Shown here one piece after another: positions 36,167 through 47,556 of a DNA stretch of 64,000 bases. Below the pieces are notes generated by a model that did no database searches, was not told the origin of the DNA, and saw only the letters and a program-made list of their open reading frames with translations. Source of the stretch: Azolla caroliniana (Eukaryota > Plantae > Polypodiophyta); contig JBHGNT010000016.1 in the NCBI GenBank assembly GCA_043228905.1, forward strand, positions 13,454,001 to 13,518,000, in the 5' to 3' direction. Position numbers and translations under genes: made by a program. Position 1 is the stretch's first letter; each line of letters starts with the position of its first letter.

Positions 36167-39100
36167 GTCCAGCCAAAATAGGAGCCGTTTGGTTGGACAG
36201 CCCTAGATCTGTGCAACCCATTAGTGGTTCCATTCCCTCTAAGCAAGTTAGTGATGTGTTCGTAGCCCAAGTAATAGTTAGTACTAAAAGTACCCATCCA
36301 GTACATGTCCTAGCACTCCTAGATTCCGGAGCTAACTCTTGCTTTATGGATAAGAAATTTGCTCAAGCTCATAAGATATCCCTAAGAAAACTCCAGTGTC
36401 CAGCCTTTGTAGTAGTCATTGATGGACATCCCATTGCTTCCGGAAATATCATAGAAGAGTCAGAGCCCATTAATATTGTCCTAAATAACTTAGCATGTGT
36501 AGTATCATTTAATATTATTAGTATCCCAGAACATCCCATAGTTTTAGGATTACCATGGTTCGAGTTACATAACCCAGACATAGATTGGAGAACAAGAGAA
36601 ATCCGGTGTCGACAAACCCAAGGGTCAACTCAGAAGATGGCAACCATTTCGCTACATCAGTTGCGTAAAGAAGGGCACAAGGAGGAAATGTTCCTCTTTG
36701 CAATATCAGTAAACCCCTCCAGCACCACTAAAGAAGGGTCCACCGTTCAACTTCCCGAGAAGTATCGTCATTACGCCGATGTGTTCGATAAAGTACAAGC
36801 CAACACACTTCCTTATCATCGACTGTATGATTGCCCCATCGATTTACAACCGGGAAAAGAGCCGCCATGGGGACCGATCTACAATTTGTCACCAACCGAG
36901 CTGGAAGTCCTTCGGGCCTATATAGAGGAGAATTTGGAAAATGGTTTCATCCGGCATTCGAAATCTCCAGCCGGCACGCCCATTTTCTTCGTCAAGAAAA
37001 AGGATGGATTGCTTCGTCTTGTTGTAGATTACTGTGGCCTGAATAAGGTTACAATCAGGAATAGGTATTCTCTTCCCCTTATCTCAAGTCTTTTAGAACG
37101 GATCAATGGTGCCAGGTTCTTCACGAAGATCGACTTACGGGGAGCATATAACCTCGTACGGATCCGACCAGGAGACGAATGGAAGACCGTTGTTTCGCAC
37201 CAGATATGGGCACTTCGAGTATACGGTCATGCTGTTCGGCCTCACTAATGCACCGACAGTCTTCCAGCACATGGCTAATGATATATTCCGAGATCTATTG
37301 GAAGATTGTTTGATCATCTATTTGGATGATCTACTGGTTTATTCAAAGACCCAAGAAGAACATGATTCTCATGTACTATTAGTACTAAAACGACTTCGAG
37401 AACATGGTCTGTATGCAAAGCTGGAAAAATGTAGTTTCGGATGCAACCAAGTGGAATTTCTCGGCTACATCATTTCGTCAGAAGGCATCTCCATGGACCC
37501 AGCTAAGGTCAGAACGGTGGTAGAATGGCAGACTCCGCGTTCGGTGTGGGATGTGCAATGCTTCCTAGGCTTTGCCAATTTTTACTGGAAGTTCATACAA
37601 GATTACTCAAAGATCGTTCTACCTCTAACACAACTTACCAGGAAGGGACACCCGTTCATCTGGACTGAAGAAACAGATGTGGCATTCGAGAGTCTTAAAA
37701 AGGCATTTACATCGGCTCCAATTCTAGCTCATGTCGATCCGGAAAAACTATTCATTATCGAAGCTGATGCATCGGATTTTGCATTGGGGAGCATTCTATC
37801 ACAACAGGGGAATGATGAGAAGCTTCATCCTGTGGCTTTTCACTCACGCAAGTTTGACGCCGCCGAAATCAACTACGAAATTCATGATAAGGAGGTATTG
37901 GCAATAGTGGATTCTTTTATGCAATGGAGGCATTTTCTGGAGGGATCCTCTCATCCGGTCACCGTATTTAATGACCACAAGAACCTTGCCTACTTTTAGG
38001 ATGCTCGTGTGTTGAATCGACGTGAAGCTCGGTGGGCCCACTTCCTCACGCGTTTCGACTTCAAAATTACATATCGTCCGGGGAAGCACCAAGGGAAGGC
38101 CGATGCATTATCATGGCATTCGTACCTAGCACCCCGTCCCGGGGAGCCAGCTTTCGATAACCAAAAACAAGTCATCTTGGGACCGGCACGACTACAAGCA
38201 ACAAAGATCTTTGACATGCCCATGGATTCCCGCGTTATCGATACCATACGCGAAGACTTGAAGACAGATGCGTTCACCCAAGCTATACTAGCACAAATTG
38301 ATCCCTCTCGAGCGTCGTGTTCACAGTCGCAACCACCAGGTACGGACTATCGGCAATTCAAATACCATGATGGATTACTCTTCTTTAAAGAACTTTTGTA
38401 TGTTCCTAATGTTTCTTGCCGCCTTCAAGTAGTACAAAACTGTCATGACACATATACAGCTGGGCATTTTGGTAGTACTAAAATACTACATTTAGTACAA
38501 CGATCATTCTGGTGGCCCTGTATGCGACAATTTGTCGAGGATATTGTTTGGACTTGTGATACATGTTGCAGAGCGAAAATGCCAAGGCATCATCCATATG
38601 TTTTATTAAAACCATTACCAAATCCAAGCAAGCCGTGGCAATCCATTGCTCTAGACTTCATCACAGATCTTCCAGTCTCTAAGGGGTTCAATGCGATTCT
38701 AATGGTGGTCGATCGATATACAAAGATGGCTCATTTCTTGCCATGTACTAAGGAGATCTCCAGTGAAGACACTACTGAAATTGTCATGCGTGAAGTATGT
38801 CGGCATCATGGACTTCCCGATAGTATCATCAGCGATCGTGGACCCCAGTTCGTGTCAAAATTCTGGAAGCACCTTTTTAACATGCTCAAGGTCACTTGTA
38901 ACCTCTCCTCCGGCTACCACCCACAAACCGACGGCAAAGCCGAACGAACCAATCAAACACTGGAGCAGTATCTGCGGTGCTTTCCCAGCTATCATCAGGA
39001 TGACTGGGCAGATATTCTCCACTTCGCCGAATTTGCCTATAACAACTCTATCCACGCATCCACGAAAGTTACGCCATTTTATGCTTATACGGGATGTCAC

Positions 39101-39751
39101 CCCGGGTGGTGTGTACTTGAAACCCCAGAGGTGTCCACAAATCCTCGCGCAGAGGATCGTTTGGAGAGGTTACGCAAGAGACAAGCAGATTTATCTACTC
39201 ATCTCTAACAAGCTCAACAAACACACAAGGTTTATGCGGATCGTCATCGACTCCCATCTAGTTTTTACATTGGAGATCGGGTATGACTACTCCGACGACA
39301 CATCAAGACTACTCGCCCATGCGAGAAGTTGGATTATCGGAGATTAGGTCCTTTCCGTATTATCAGAAAGATTAATGATGTCGCTTTTCGTCTTGATCTA
39401 CCTCCACAACTTCGGATACATCCGGTGTTTCATAGTTCTCTCCTCGAACCCTATCAAGAGAGCACCATCCCAGGACGTATTACACAGCCTCCACCCCCGA
39501 TCGAGCCTGTAGATGGACTTGAGTACGAGGTTGCCGCCATCCTTGATTCCAAGCTTGTTCGCAACAAGTTCTACTATCTAGTCGACTGGCTAGGATATAG
39601 TCCCAGCGAGCTTACTTGGGAACCGATAGAGAATGTCACCAATGCTCGTGCTCTTCTTGAAGACTTCCATCGTCAATATCCAGACAAACCGGGTCCTCAA
39701 TCCAAAACGACTCGTTACACTCATCGTTTTAAAAGGGGGATAGTGTCATGA
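36160..39751 (+). pseudogene. F pol: protease, RT, RNase H, integrase, chromodomain (one frameshift, three stops)
   Basis: LLDSGA, YLDD, ADASD, HHCC, SDRGPQF, GPF, YEVAAILDS..TWEP. Confidence 0.93.
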
Positions 39752-40031
39752 TATGGCAAGACTCGAACCCATGACCTTATACTACATGGGTCGAGCTCTT
39801 GACCATTAGACTATACGTTGTAATACGTAGAATATTATTTTCATTTATGTTTTATTATAGAAAATTGATGTATATTCCAGATTTCTCTGGAACATTCTAG
39901 AAACTTCAGGAGTATTTCTTAGAACACTATAAAAGGAGGCACAAGGCATTATTTCGAACCAAATCGGTTCAACGCTAGTCTTAAGCCTCCTAGCTACTGT
40001 ACATTTTCTTCACATAATATATATCTTTTCT

Positions 40032-40062
<31 letters not shown>

Positions 40063-40181
40063 GATCTCTCTCTCCCTCCCTCTCACTCACTCTTTCCGTC
40101 TCTTGAGAGTTCTTCACCTCTCTTAGTACTAATACTTCTTTTAGTACTAATTCCTTCTCTGTCTTAGTATTGTTCCTGACA
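39744..40181 (+). repeat. 3' LTR of F
   Basis: Direct repeat after the PPT. Confidence 0.95.
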
Positions 40182-40186
40182 CCCGG

Positions 40187-40634
40187 CCGGCAAAGGAGCT
40201 AAGGACGCCGAGACCAGGGTGTGAAAAGGGGAATTGTTAATTGGGAATCTGTTGTAATTATTAGTCTTAATATATTAATATATGAGAAGATGTGGAAGGA
40301 TGGACCGAATCGGTATGCCGATCCAGATCCGGACCGATCCCTAATAGGTGTCGGTTGGCACCGTTTTGTACTTCGCACCGGTGACCTATATAAAGGCCCG
40401 ATTACAATGTAGTCATTAACGGAGAGTAATATAATCCCTTTGTTTAATCATTGATTATTGTTCACTGTTCTGTGCTTATTGTATATCTTACGTGTGTTAA
40501 TGACGTATTACTAAGTAACCGATTAAGGTCCAATTAAGTGTTGTGTCGTAAGTTATCTCGCCGTAACATCCTTTGGTGAAGTGTCTTAAGTGGACAGCCT
40601 ATGTTAGGCTGTTGTCCGGCCCTAAGGATTAACA
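40187..40634 (+). repeat. 3' LTR of K (first 10 bp at 34507-34516)
   Basis: Matches 23479-23925; followed by TSD GCAAT. Confidence 0.92.
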
Positions 40635-41938
40635 GCAATAACTACCTACTTAAATTTGGAATTGCATCATGTTGATATTGAGACAACTTTCTTACATGGA
40701 GATTTGAAGGAAGAAATCTACATGGAGCAATCACAACTCTTGAAGGATGAATCAAAACCCAACTATGTCTGCAAATTGCATAAACTATTATATGGTTTAA
40801 AGTAGTCTCCCAAGCAATGGTATGAAAAACTTCATAGATTTCTTCTCACAAATAGTTTTGTTCAATTACAGTCCGAGCCAACTTTGTATGTTCGAAAGAA
40901 AGATCACAATTTTCTTGTTTTGGGTGTCTATGTGGATGACCTTCCTATTGTTGGCACCCCTAAGGCCAACATTCTTCAATTTGTCGACGACTTACAAAAA
41001 AAATTTCCCACCAAACATCTTGGTGAGCTAGAATATTTCCTTGGACTAGAGGTCAACCGGAATCGAAGTCTTGGCACTCTATCGGTATCTCAATGCAAAC
41101 TAGTTGACAACGTCTTGCATAAATATGATATTATGAGTTGTTCTCCAGTTGCCACTCCTCTCACAGTCCCTTGTCATCTCTCCACCTCTGACTCTCCCTC
41201 TACAAATGAAGAAGAATCCTTCATGCAAAGTATACCCTACCGCCATATTCTAGGTAGTTTAAGATACTTGGTGAGCTACACTCAGCCAGACCTATCCTAT
41301 TCTGCAGGATTCTTATTTAGGTTTATGGAAGCTTTGAAACGTGTCCTCGTCATTGGGAAGCTTTGAAACGTGTCCTCTGGTACCTGAAATATTCAAGAGA
41401 TATGACACTAACCTATAAAGCCTTATCTCCCTCCTCTAAACGAGACATCGTGGTCCTTTAGGGTTGGATAGATGCGGATTGGGGAGGTGACAGGGACACA
41501 TCTCGGTCTACATCTGGTTTTGTTTTCACTTGTGCTGGTGGTGCCATTACATGCAAGACCAAGAAACAAGCTACCGTGACACTATCCTCCACCAAATTAG
41601 AATATATTGCGGCTACTTTGGTAGCTAAGGAGGGACTTTGGCTACAATCAATTTTTTCGGAACTCGACATCATCCACATAACCGAATTTCGATTTTGGTG
41701 TGATAACCAATCATGCATCAAGATTTCATGGAATCCTAAAATCATTGATCAAAATAATTATTTTCGGGCTCGATATCATTTCTTGTTTGAATTATTTGAA
41801 GATGGTGTCTTGCAGATTGGTTATACTCCCACTCTTACCATGTGGGCTAATTTTTTGACAAAACCAGTCCCTTCTCTCAAACACTGGTCATGTTGTCAAA
41901 ACATTGGCCTCAAGTGTGGTGTTGGTGTTAAGGGGGAG

Positions 41939-42315
41939 CGTTAGAAGTTATAATTAACTAATTAGATGTCAGTAAGCAACTACTTAGTTAATTACTAAAT
42001 ATAACCCCACACCCCAAGTTATTATTAGTAAAAGGAAACAGTTTCACATTAGTTGTATTTCAGTTTTCTTATTAGGTTTATTTGAGTTTTTGTATTTCAA
42101 AAGCTTAACTCATTTTTTTTCCCTCCACTTCCTCTGCTGTATAAAGAGGAAGTTGGGGAACCTGTTTGGTGTGCTCTACATCCTTGCATCCTTTAGCCAT
42201 CTCTCTTAGTTGTATTACCAACTTGTTTTTGTTAATCAAATTTCTGATTTGCATTCCAAGTTATTCCATCATTCCTGTTTTCCATAACCTTGTACCCCAT
42301 GTCAAAATCCTAACA
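41939..42315 (+). repeat. 3' LTR of J
   Basis: Follows the PPT; (C)GTTAG..CTAACA; kinase sequence starts right after it. Confidence 0.65.
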
Positions 42316-44010
42316 ATGGCCTCTACCTTCCCTTCCAACATCTGCACCACTCTACTCATGATTGGCTGGCTCCCAGGATCGGCTCGCACGCACAGCATGG
42401 CTACCTCCACCATCCTCATGGCTTGCTTCTCATCATAGATCTTCTTCTTCACCTCACCCATGCCATAGCTCATGACCCTCTCGTCCACGAGCTCCATCAC
42501 TCCCTCGCACAGATTCCGGCTCATGTCCAACTTCTGCCTCATGCTCTCCAATCTCTCACTCTTCTCCTGCTCACGATCTCGAGGAGCAAGATTCTGTAAC
42601 TGTACACATCACACTTCTCGGTCACGGCCACGTCGGTTATCCATTCGGGCGCCAAGTATCCAGGGGTCCCCCTCATCATGGTCACGACCGCGCTCTCTTC
42701 ACCTCTTACCACTCTTCGGGACATCCTGAAATCCGAAATCTTTGGGAAGAAATCGGCTCCCAGCAATATGTTCTGTGGCTTGAGATCCATTTGTATGATT
42801 CTGTCCTCACACTCTTTGTGCAAGTATTCCAAGCCTTTGGTAGTACCCAAGGCTATGTCGAATCGCCTCTCCCAAGTCAAGATGGGTTGCTGGTGGTTCT
42901 CCTTACTCTTGTCGGTCTTCAACTTATCTTTGTGGGTTTTACTGAAGATCCAAGCATCCAAGGATCCATTTTTCCTGTATTCGTACACAATGAGCTTGTG
43001 CAAGGTACCTTCGAGGCAGAAACCAATCAAGCGGACAAGGTGAAGGTGTCATTGAGCTGCTTCACGACTATGGGCGTGCCATCGTCCATAGCCCCGTGGA
43101 AGACTTTGTCGAAGCCACCACTCCCAAGCTGGTCAGAGAAGCCACACGTGTTTTGATGCATCTCTTTCCATGTGAACCGTTGCGGCTTTGTCCCTTGGAG
43201 TGAGGCACCCAGGAGCTCAGTTTCCATGTCGTTATGATCTTCCAGTTTCCTGGCTTGTAGTCTTCTTCTCCTGCACAGATATCCAGCCACCAATATGGCT
43301 ATAATTGTGATGACTGCTGATACTGGTAGTCCTACTCGAATGAATAGAGATGAGGGTGAGGATGGAGTAGGGATGTTTATGACTTTCAATAATGCCTGAA
43401 ATTCATTAGAAGCAGAAGCATTCACTACTATAATGGTGGCAACATGACCGTGGATGAGGAAGCAAGAACCATCTGATGATGATGGCTCCCAGAATGTGGC
43501 CATGCAAGAGCAATGGTCCTTACAGCTCTCCCAACAGTTTTCTGCAGAAATGTTTCTCTGCTCAGGTGACCGGAAAGTGTTCGAGAAGTAATGGGCCCCA
43601 TCCCATGTATGACTGAACGATTCGCCGAATAATTTAGTGTTGAATCAGACAGAGTAGTACAGTCTTGAGCTTGCAGCTTGATTTAGGGCTTGTGGGATCC
43701 TGAAGCACATATGTTTGTGATCCTCCACAATCTGAAGAGCTATTTTGGAACTCTTCTTGGACACACGGTAGAATCCGCAAAAGAGAGGCAATCAGCATGG
43801 ATTCAACGATCTTCCATCCAAGAGACTGGCGAAGTTCCTCTAGACCGCGGTGCTGTTGGGATATTTAGTTTCATTGAGTGTGTCTACAGGCATGAAGGTC
43901 TCCATCACTTTCCAGCCTAAGGAATGTGCCATATGTTATTGTCAAGTTATTGGCTTCATACTCCTTTCTCGTATCCTCAAATTCAAATGCTTTCGATTCT
44001 TCAGGCAGAT
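42316..44010 (-). pseudogene. S-domain (SD2-type, G-type lectin) receptor-like kinase pseudogene
   Basis: FLRLESDGDL, PAN-like CWESCKDHCSC, TM + RRRR, RFTWKEM, LGSGGF, DLKPQNILL, RGTPGYLAPEW. DFG>DFR, deletion and frameshifts; 5' lectin part missing. Confidence 0.88.
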
Positions 44011-44011
44011 A

Positions 44012-44320
44012 ACCACAATCATATTGTTATGTAGATAGTCCCTCCATGTGGGGGAGTCGGCCAAAAAGCCGACTTGAGAGTCGGTTGGCTGAAATCAGCT
44101 CAGAAGCCGAAATGAGTTGGCTGGTTGAAATCGGTTGAGAAGCCGGAACCACAATCATATTGTTGTGTAGATAGTCCCCCCTTGTGGGGGGAGTTGGCTC
44201 GTTGAAATCGGCTAAGAAGCCGAAATGATTTGGTTGGCCGAAATTGGTTGAGAAGCCAAAATGAGTCGACTGATCGACATTGGTCGAAAAGCCAAAATGG
44301 TATTTGATCGATTGGAGTCA
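44012..44320. repeat. Degenerate tandem repeats (~36-bp GAAGCCGAAATGAGTTGG.. units and a duplicated ~50-bp block)
   Basis: ACCACAATCATATTGTT..GGGGGAG at 44012 and 44148. Confidence 0.6.
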
Positions 44321-44411
44321 TCCGAATAGAACTTCGAACAAAATGGTATATGTATACGAGATGAGCTAGTATATATAGTGAGTCAAACTAGTTGTGTTTG
44401 TATGTGGGATA

Positions 44412-47400
44412 ACTCACTGAGAGTAATCCGTGAGAGATCAAGCTATGCTCGTACTAAACAAATTGATCATGTTCTTGCAAGCTGTGAATGTCCGGAACCA
44501 GAAAGATCCTGGAGTTCTTCTAGAGGATACGACTACCGAGAGTGGCCTCACCAATACATGGGGAAATGTGTGGGACATCTTCGTTCGATACAGAAAGAGG
44601 GGACAATGGCACGGTGATGAAGAAAAGAGGGCTGTGGAACTGATGCTGAGGCCAAGATTTGTAGCAGAAGACCACCGAACACGACCTCAGGAGACTACAA
44701 CCAAGAAGGTAATTGACGCAACCATAGTGGAGCAGCTGCTAAAGGAGATGGAGAATCTCAAGATTTCCATGGTGAAGAAATCAGAAGACTAACCCACAAG
44801 TTCCAAGTATATGAACTGTCGGACGGATTGTGATAAGCATCAGGAAGCTCTATGATGGGATCTCGTCTACTATGAAGGAAATCAGATCCATTCGATGGAC
44901 TCTCAGAAGCCACTCCAGCCAAACTTTCGAAAAGGCGCCATGAAGAAGGTCCTAGAGGAGAAGATGGCGGCAAAAAGCAATTATGGGACAACTGCGGGAA
45001 TATGTGTGGGAGAAACATCTAGAGCAAAGTCGTCATTCTAGTTGGAAGTGCTAGAAATCTCCAAGAAAACCGACTCTTATGAAATCTAGAGCACCGCCAA
45101 AGGCATCCGAGAAGCTACAGGATGGGAGTGCCCCGTAGATAAAAATAGCGTACTAAACACCTTATGTCAATTACATGAGGTGTATGTAGATGAGAAACAA
45201 CGATGCAGGGATGATGCGACCGGACCATCGAAGACGCTAGAGAGCTGGAAATTTGAAGGAAATGGAAAAGGAGAAACAACTCCAACATTCAAACTCACTT
45301 TGGACATCGAACAACAGACAGACCTAAAGAAGGTGTTTGAAGAGAAAATCCTTGATAGTCAGGTGGAATTTTCTCTCTGAGAATTGCTCGGAATAACAAT
45401 GAAAGAGTTCGACGATCTCCTCATGGATCTCATGAAGAGAAAGAAGCTACAGAGGAATCAAATGCTCCAAGGGTGAATGTGAATACTATTCTAATGAACG
45501 ATATGGAAGTGGAGGATGAGATTCCAAACTCTCACTACACAAAGACACACTGCACACGAGCAACTACGGAGACTCCGGTCCGAATTGGAAACGTCAAAGA
45601 GCCCTTGCATGTGTTGATTGACCATGGATCGGAGATCAATTTGATGTCCAAGGAGTTCTACCGGAAGGGGAAGTGGCTTATAAACATGAATCATGGATGG
45701 AAGATTCGGGCAACCACTAAAGCAACAGAAGACTTATTTGCGGCTTGTTCGGATGTGATGGTGAAGATCAGAGATGTGGAGATTGATCAAAATTTCTTCG
45801 TGCAAGATGAGATCTCACATTCCATAATACTCGGGCAACCCTTTATCATGGCTTTGCGAACAATTTCTGATTGTGCCATCGAATCACGAAAGGAACAAGA
45901 GAGAGCTCTTGTCCCAAACAAAAATGGAATTTTAAAGCGGACTATTGCAAAGTGGGGAAGTGATAGTCTGAGAAGCCCTAATACCTCACATAGGAAGAAA
46001 ACTCTCAGAGAGAAACAAGTGCGAATTAGTCCAGATGGGGCATCTACTTACATGGCCGTGACTAGAGAAATGAAGAAAGAACTCCGGAAGATGTAGGATG
46101 AGCTATGGTCTACATCAATTATAAAAGAAGACAAAGAAATCATGGGAGTGGTCGAAACAGTTATCTATGGAAGCATGCTACAATGACTTGAAGAGCTTGC
46201 GAAAGAGAATACCCAAGGAGACCGGGTAGTTTCGGTAGAATCAGACGAGATGTACGAGATCATTGCAAAAATGGGGCCAAATGTGCTCCACAAAGAAGAA
46301 ACAATGGTATGTATGAAATACAAGACTGTGGAAAAGAAGGTGAAACTGTCCGTGGGACCGTTACCTGCCAATAGTGAACAAAAGAGGAAAGAAGTCTTGG
46401 GAGATTCGACACTTCGAAAGTGCGTGGATATTGGACATACCTTCACGAATGAGACCCGGAAGAAACTCTGGATTGGTGGAGATGGGTTCCTCTTACCAAA
46501 GGAAGAAGAAAGATTTCATGAGATGTTGGAGCAGCATGGAAAAGCATTCACATTCACATCAAGAGAGTGGAGCCGATGGTGATCTTCACGATTGAACATG
46601 TGTCGTGGAAACTGAAGCCGATTCCAGTGACACGGGCGCATATTCCGAAAATCATTGATTTGCTCAAGGAGAAGATGGGGATGGGGATTCTAGAGCCATC
46701 AAATGCACCGTACTCAAATAGAGGGTTTACAGTTCTGAAGAAGAATGGGTCACTCTGGTTCATTCAAGATTTGCAATTGGTGAACAAGGTCATGGTCCAA
46801 AACTCCGGAGTCGGTCCGAATTTGCAGAAGCGTTTGCCAGACGTGCGATATACTGTATCGGAGACCTATACTCTGGATATGACCAATTTCAACTAGCCAT
46901 GGATAGCCAAGATATCACTACAATGCGGACACCGATAGGATTATTCCGAATGTGTATGTTACCACAAGGAGCGACAAATTAGGTCGCATATATGATGAAT
47001 GCGATGAACAAGGTGCTTTGAGACTGCATTCTGGACATAACAATGCTGTTCCTAGATGGCATTCCAAAGAAAGGATGTGCGGTGGAAGAAAAGGATGAGA
47101 ATATGGATGATCAGGGATTTCGAAAGTTCATAGTTGACCATATTCGCGTTTGTGAGAAGATGTGCACTTAACACTCTCTAGAGAAAAATCAGTATTCGGA
47201 CAAAAATAGATACTGGTAGTTGGTCATCTATGTGGGCCCTACGCTTGAAGACCGTCACCAGTAAAGATCGATGTGATTCAAGTTATGAAAGAAATATGCG
47301 GGTCACAATCTAAAGTTCATAGGTTACTCGGGGCATGTGCATTCTATCATATATGGATTCCACACTATACACACATTGCCAACCCACTCTATCACTTGCG

Positions 47401-47493
47401 ACAGAAGGGGAAAATGTTCGAATGGAATCCGGAGCACACCGAAGCCGTGAAGAACTTGGAGAAAGAACTACGCAGGGGGGTAGCCTTAAGAAG
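44412..47493 (+). mobile_element. Gypsy B'' internal fragment (gag C-part, protease, RT), same family as B
   Basis: LIDHGSEINLM, YSNRGFTVLKKNGSLWFIQDLQ, DLYSGYDQF, LPQGATN, LLGACAFY; no LTRs. Confidence 0.85.
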
Positions 47494-47556
47494 CCGGTTC
47501 TCACCGGGCCTTCATCATCCCATCTGGAGGAACAGAGATCCTAACAAACTCCCCCT

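Larger units (their letters stand above)
34517..40181 (+). mobile_element. Ty3/Gypsy chromovirus F (Tcn1-like), full length, inserted in K's 3' LTR
   Basis: LTRs 34517-34948 and 39744-40181, TSD CCCGG, PPT AAAAGGGGGATAG. Confidence 0.97.
23469..40634 (+). mobile_element. Ty3/Gypsy non-chromovirus K (Athila/Tat-like); gag-RT deleted, internally inverted, hosts E and F
   Basis: LTRs 23469-23925 and 34507-34516+40187-40634, TSD GCAAT, PBS. Confidence 0.9.
22810..42315 (+). mobile_element. Ty1/Copia element J (5'-truncated); RT split by K
   Basis: RT N-part 22912-23468 (CKW..FKARLVAKGF) resumes at 40635 (HVDIETTFLHGDL, YVDDL, DADW); PPT 41930-41938; 3' LTR 41939-42315. Confidence 0.85.

Noticed and set aside
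39744-39820. tRNA-like motifs as genuine tRNA genes
   Set aside because: Acceptor and anticodon stems do not pair; only the A/B boxes and spacing are retained
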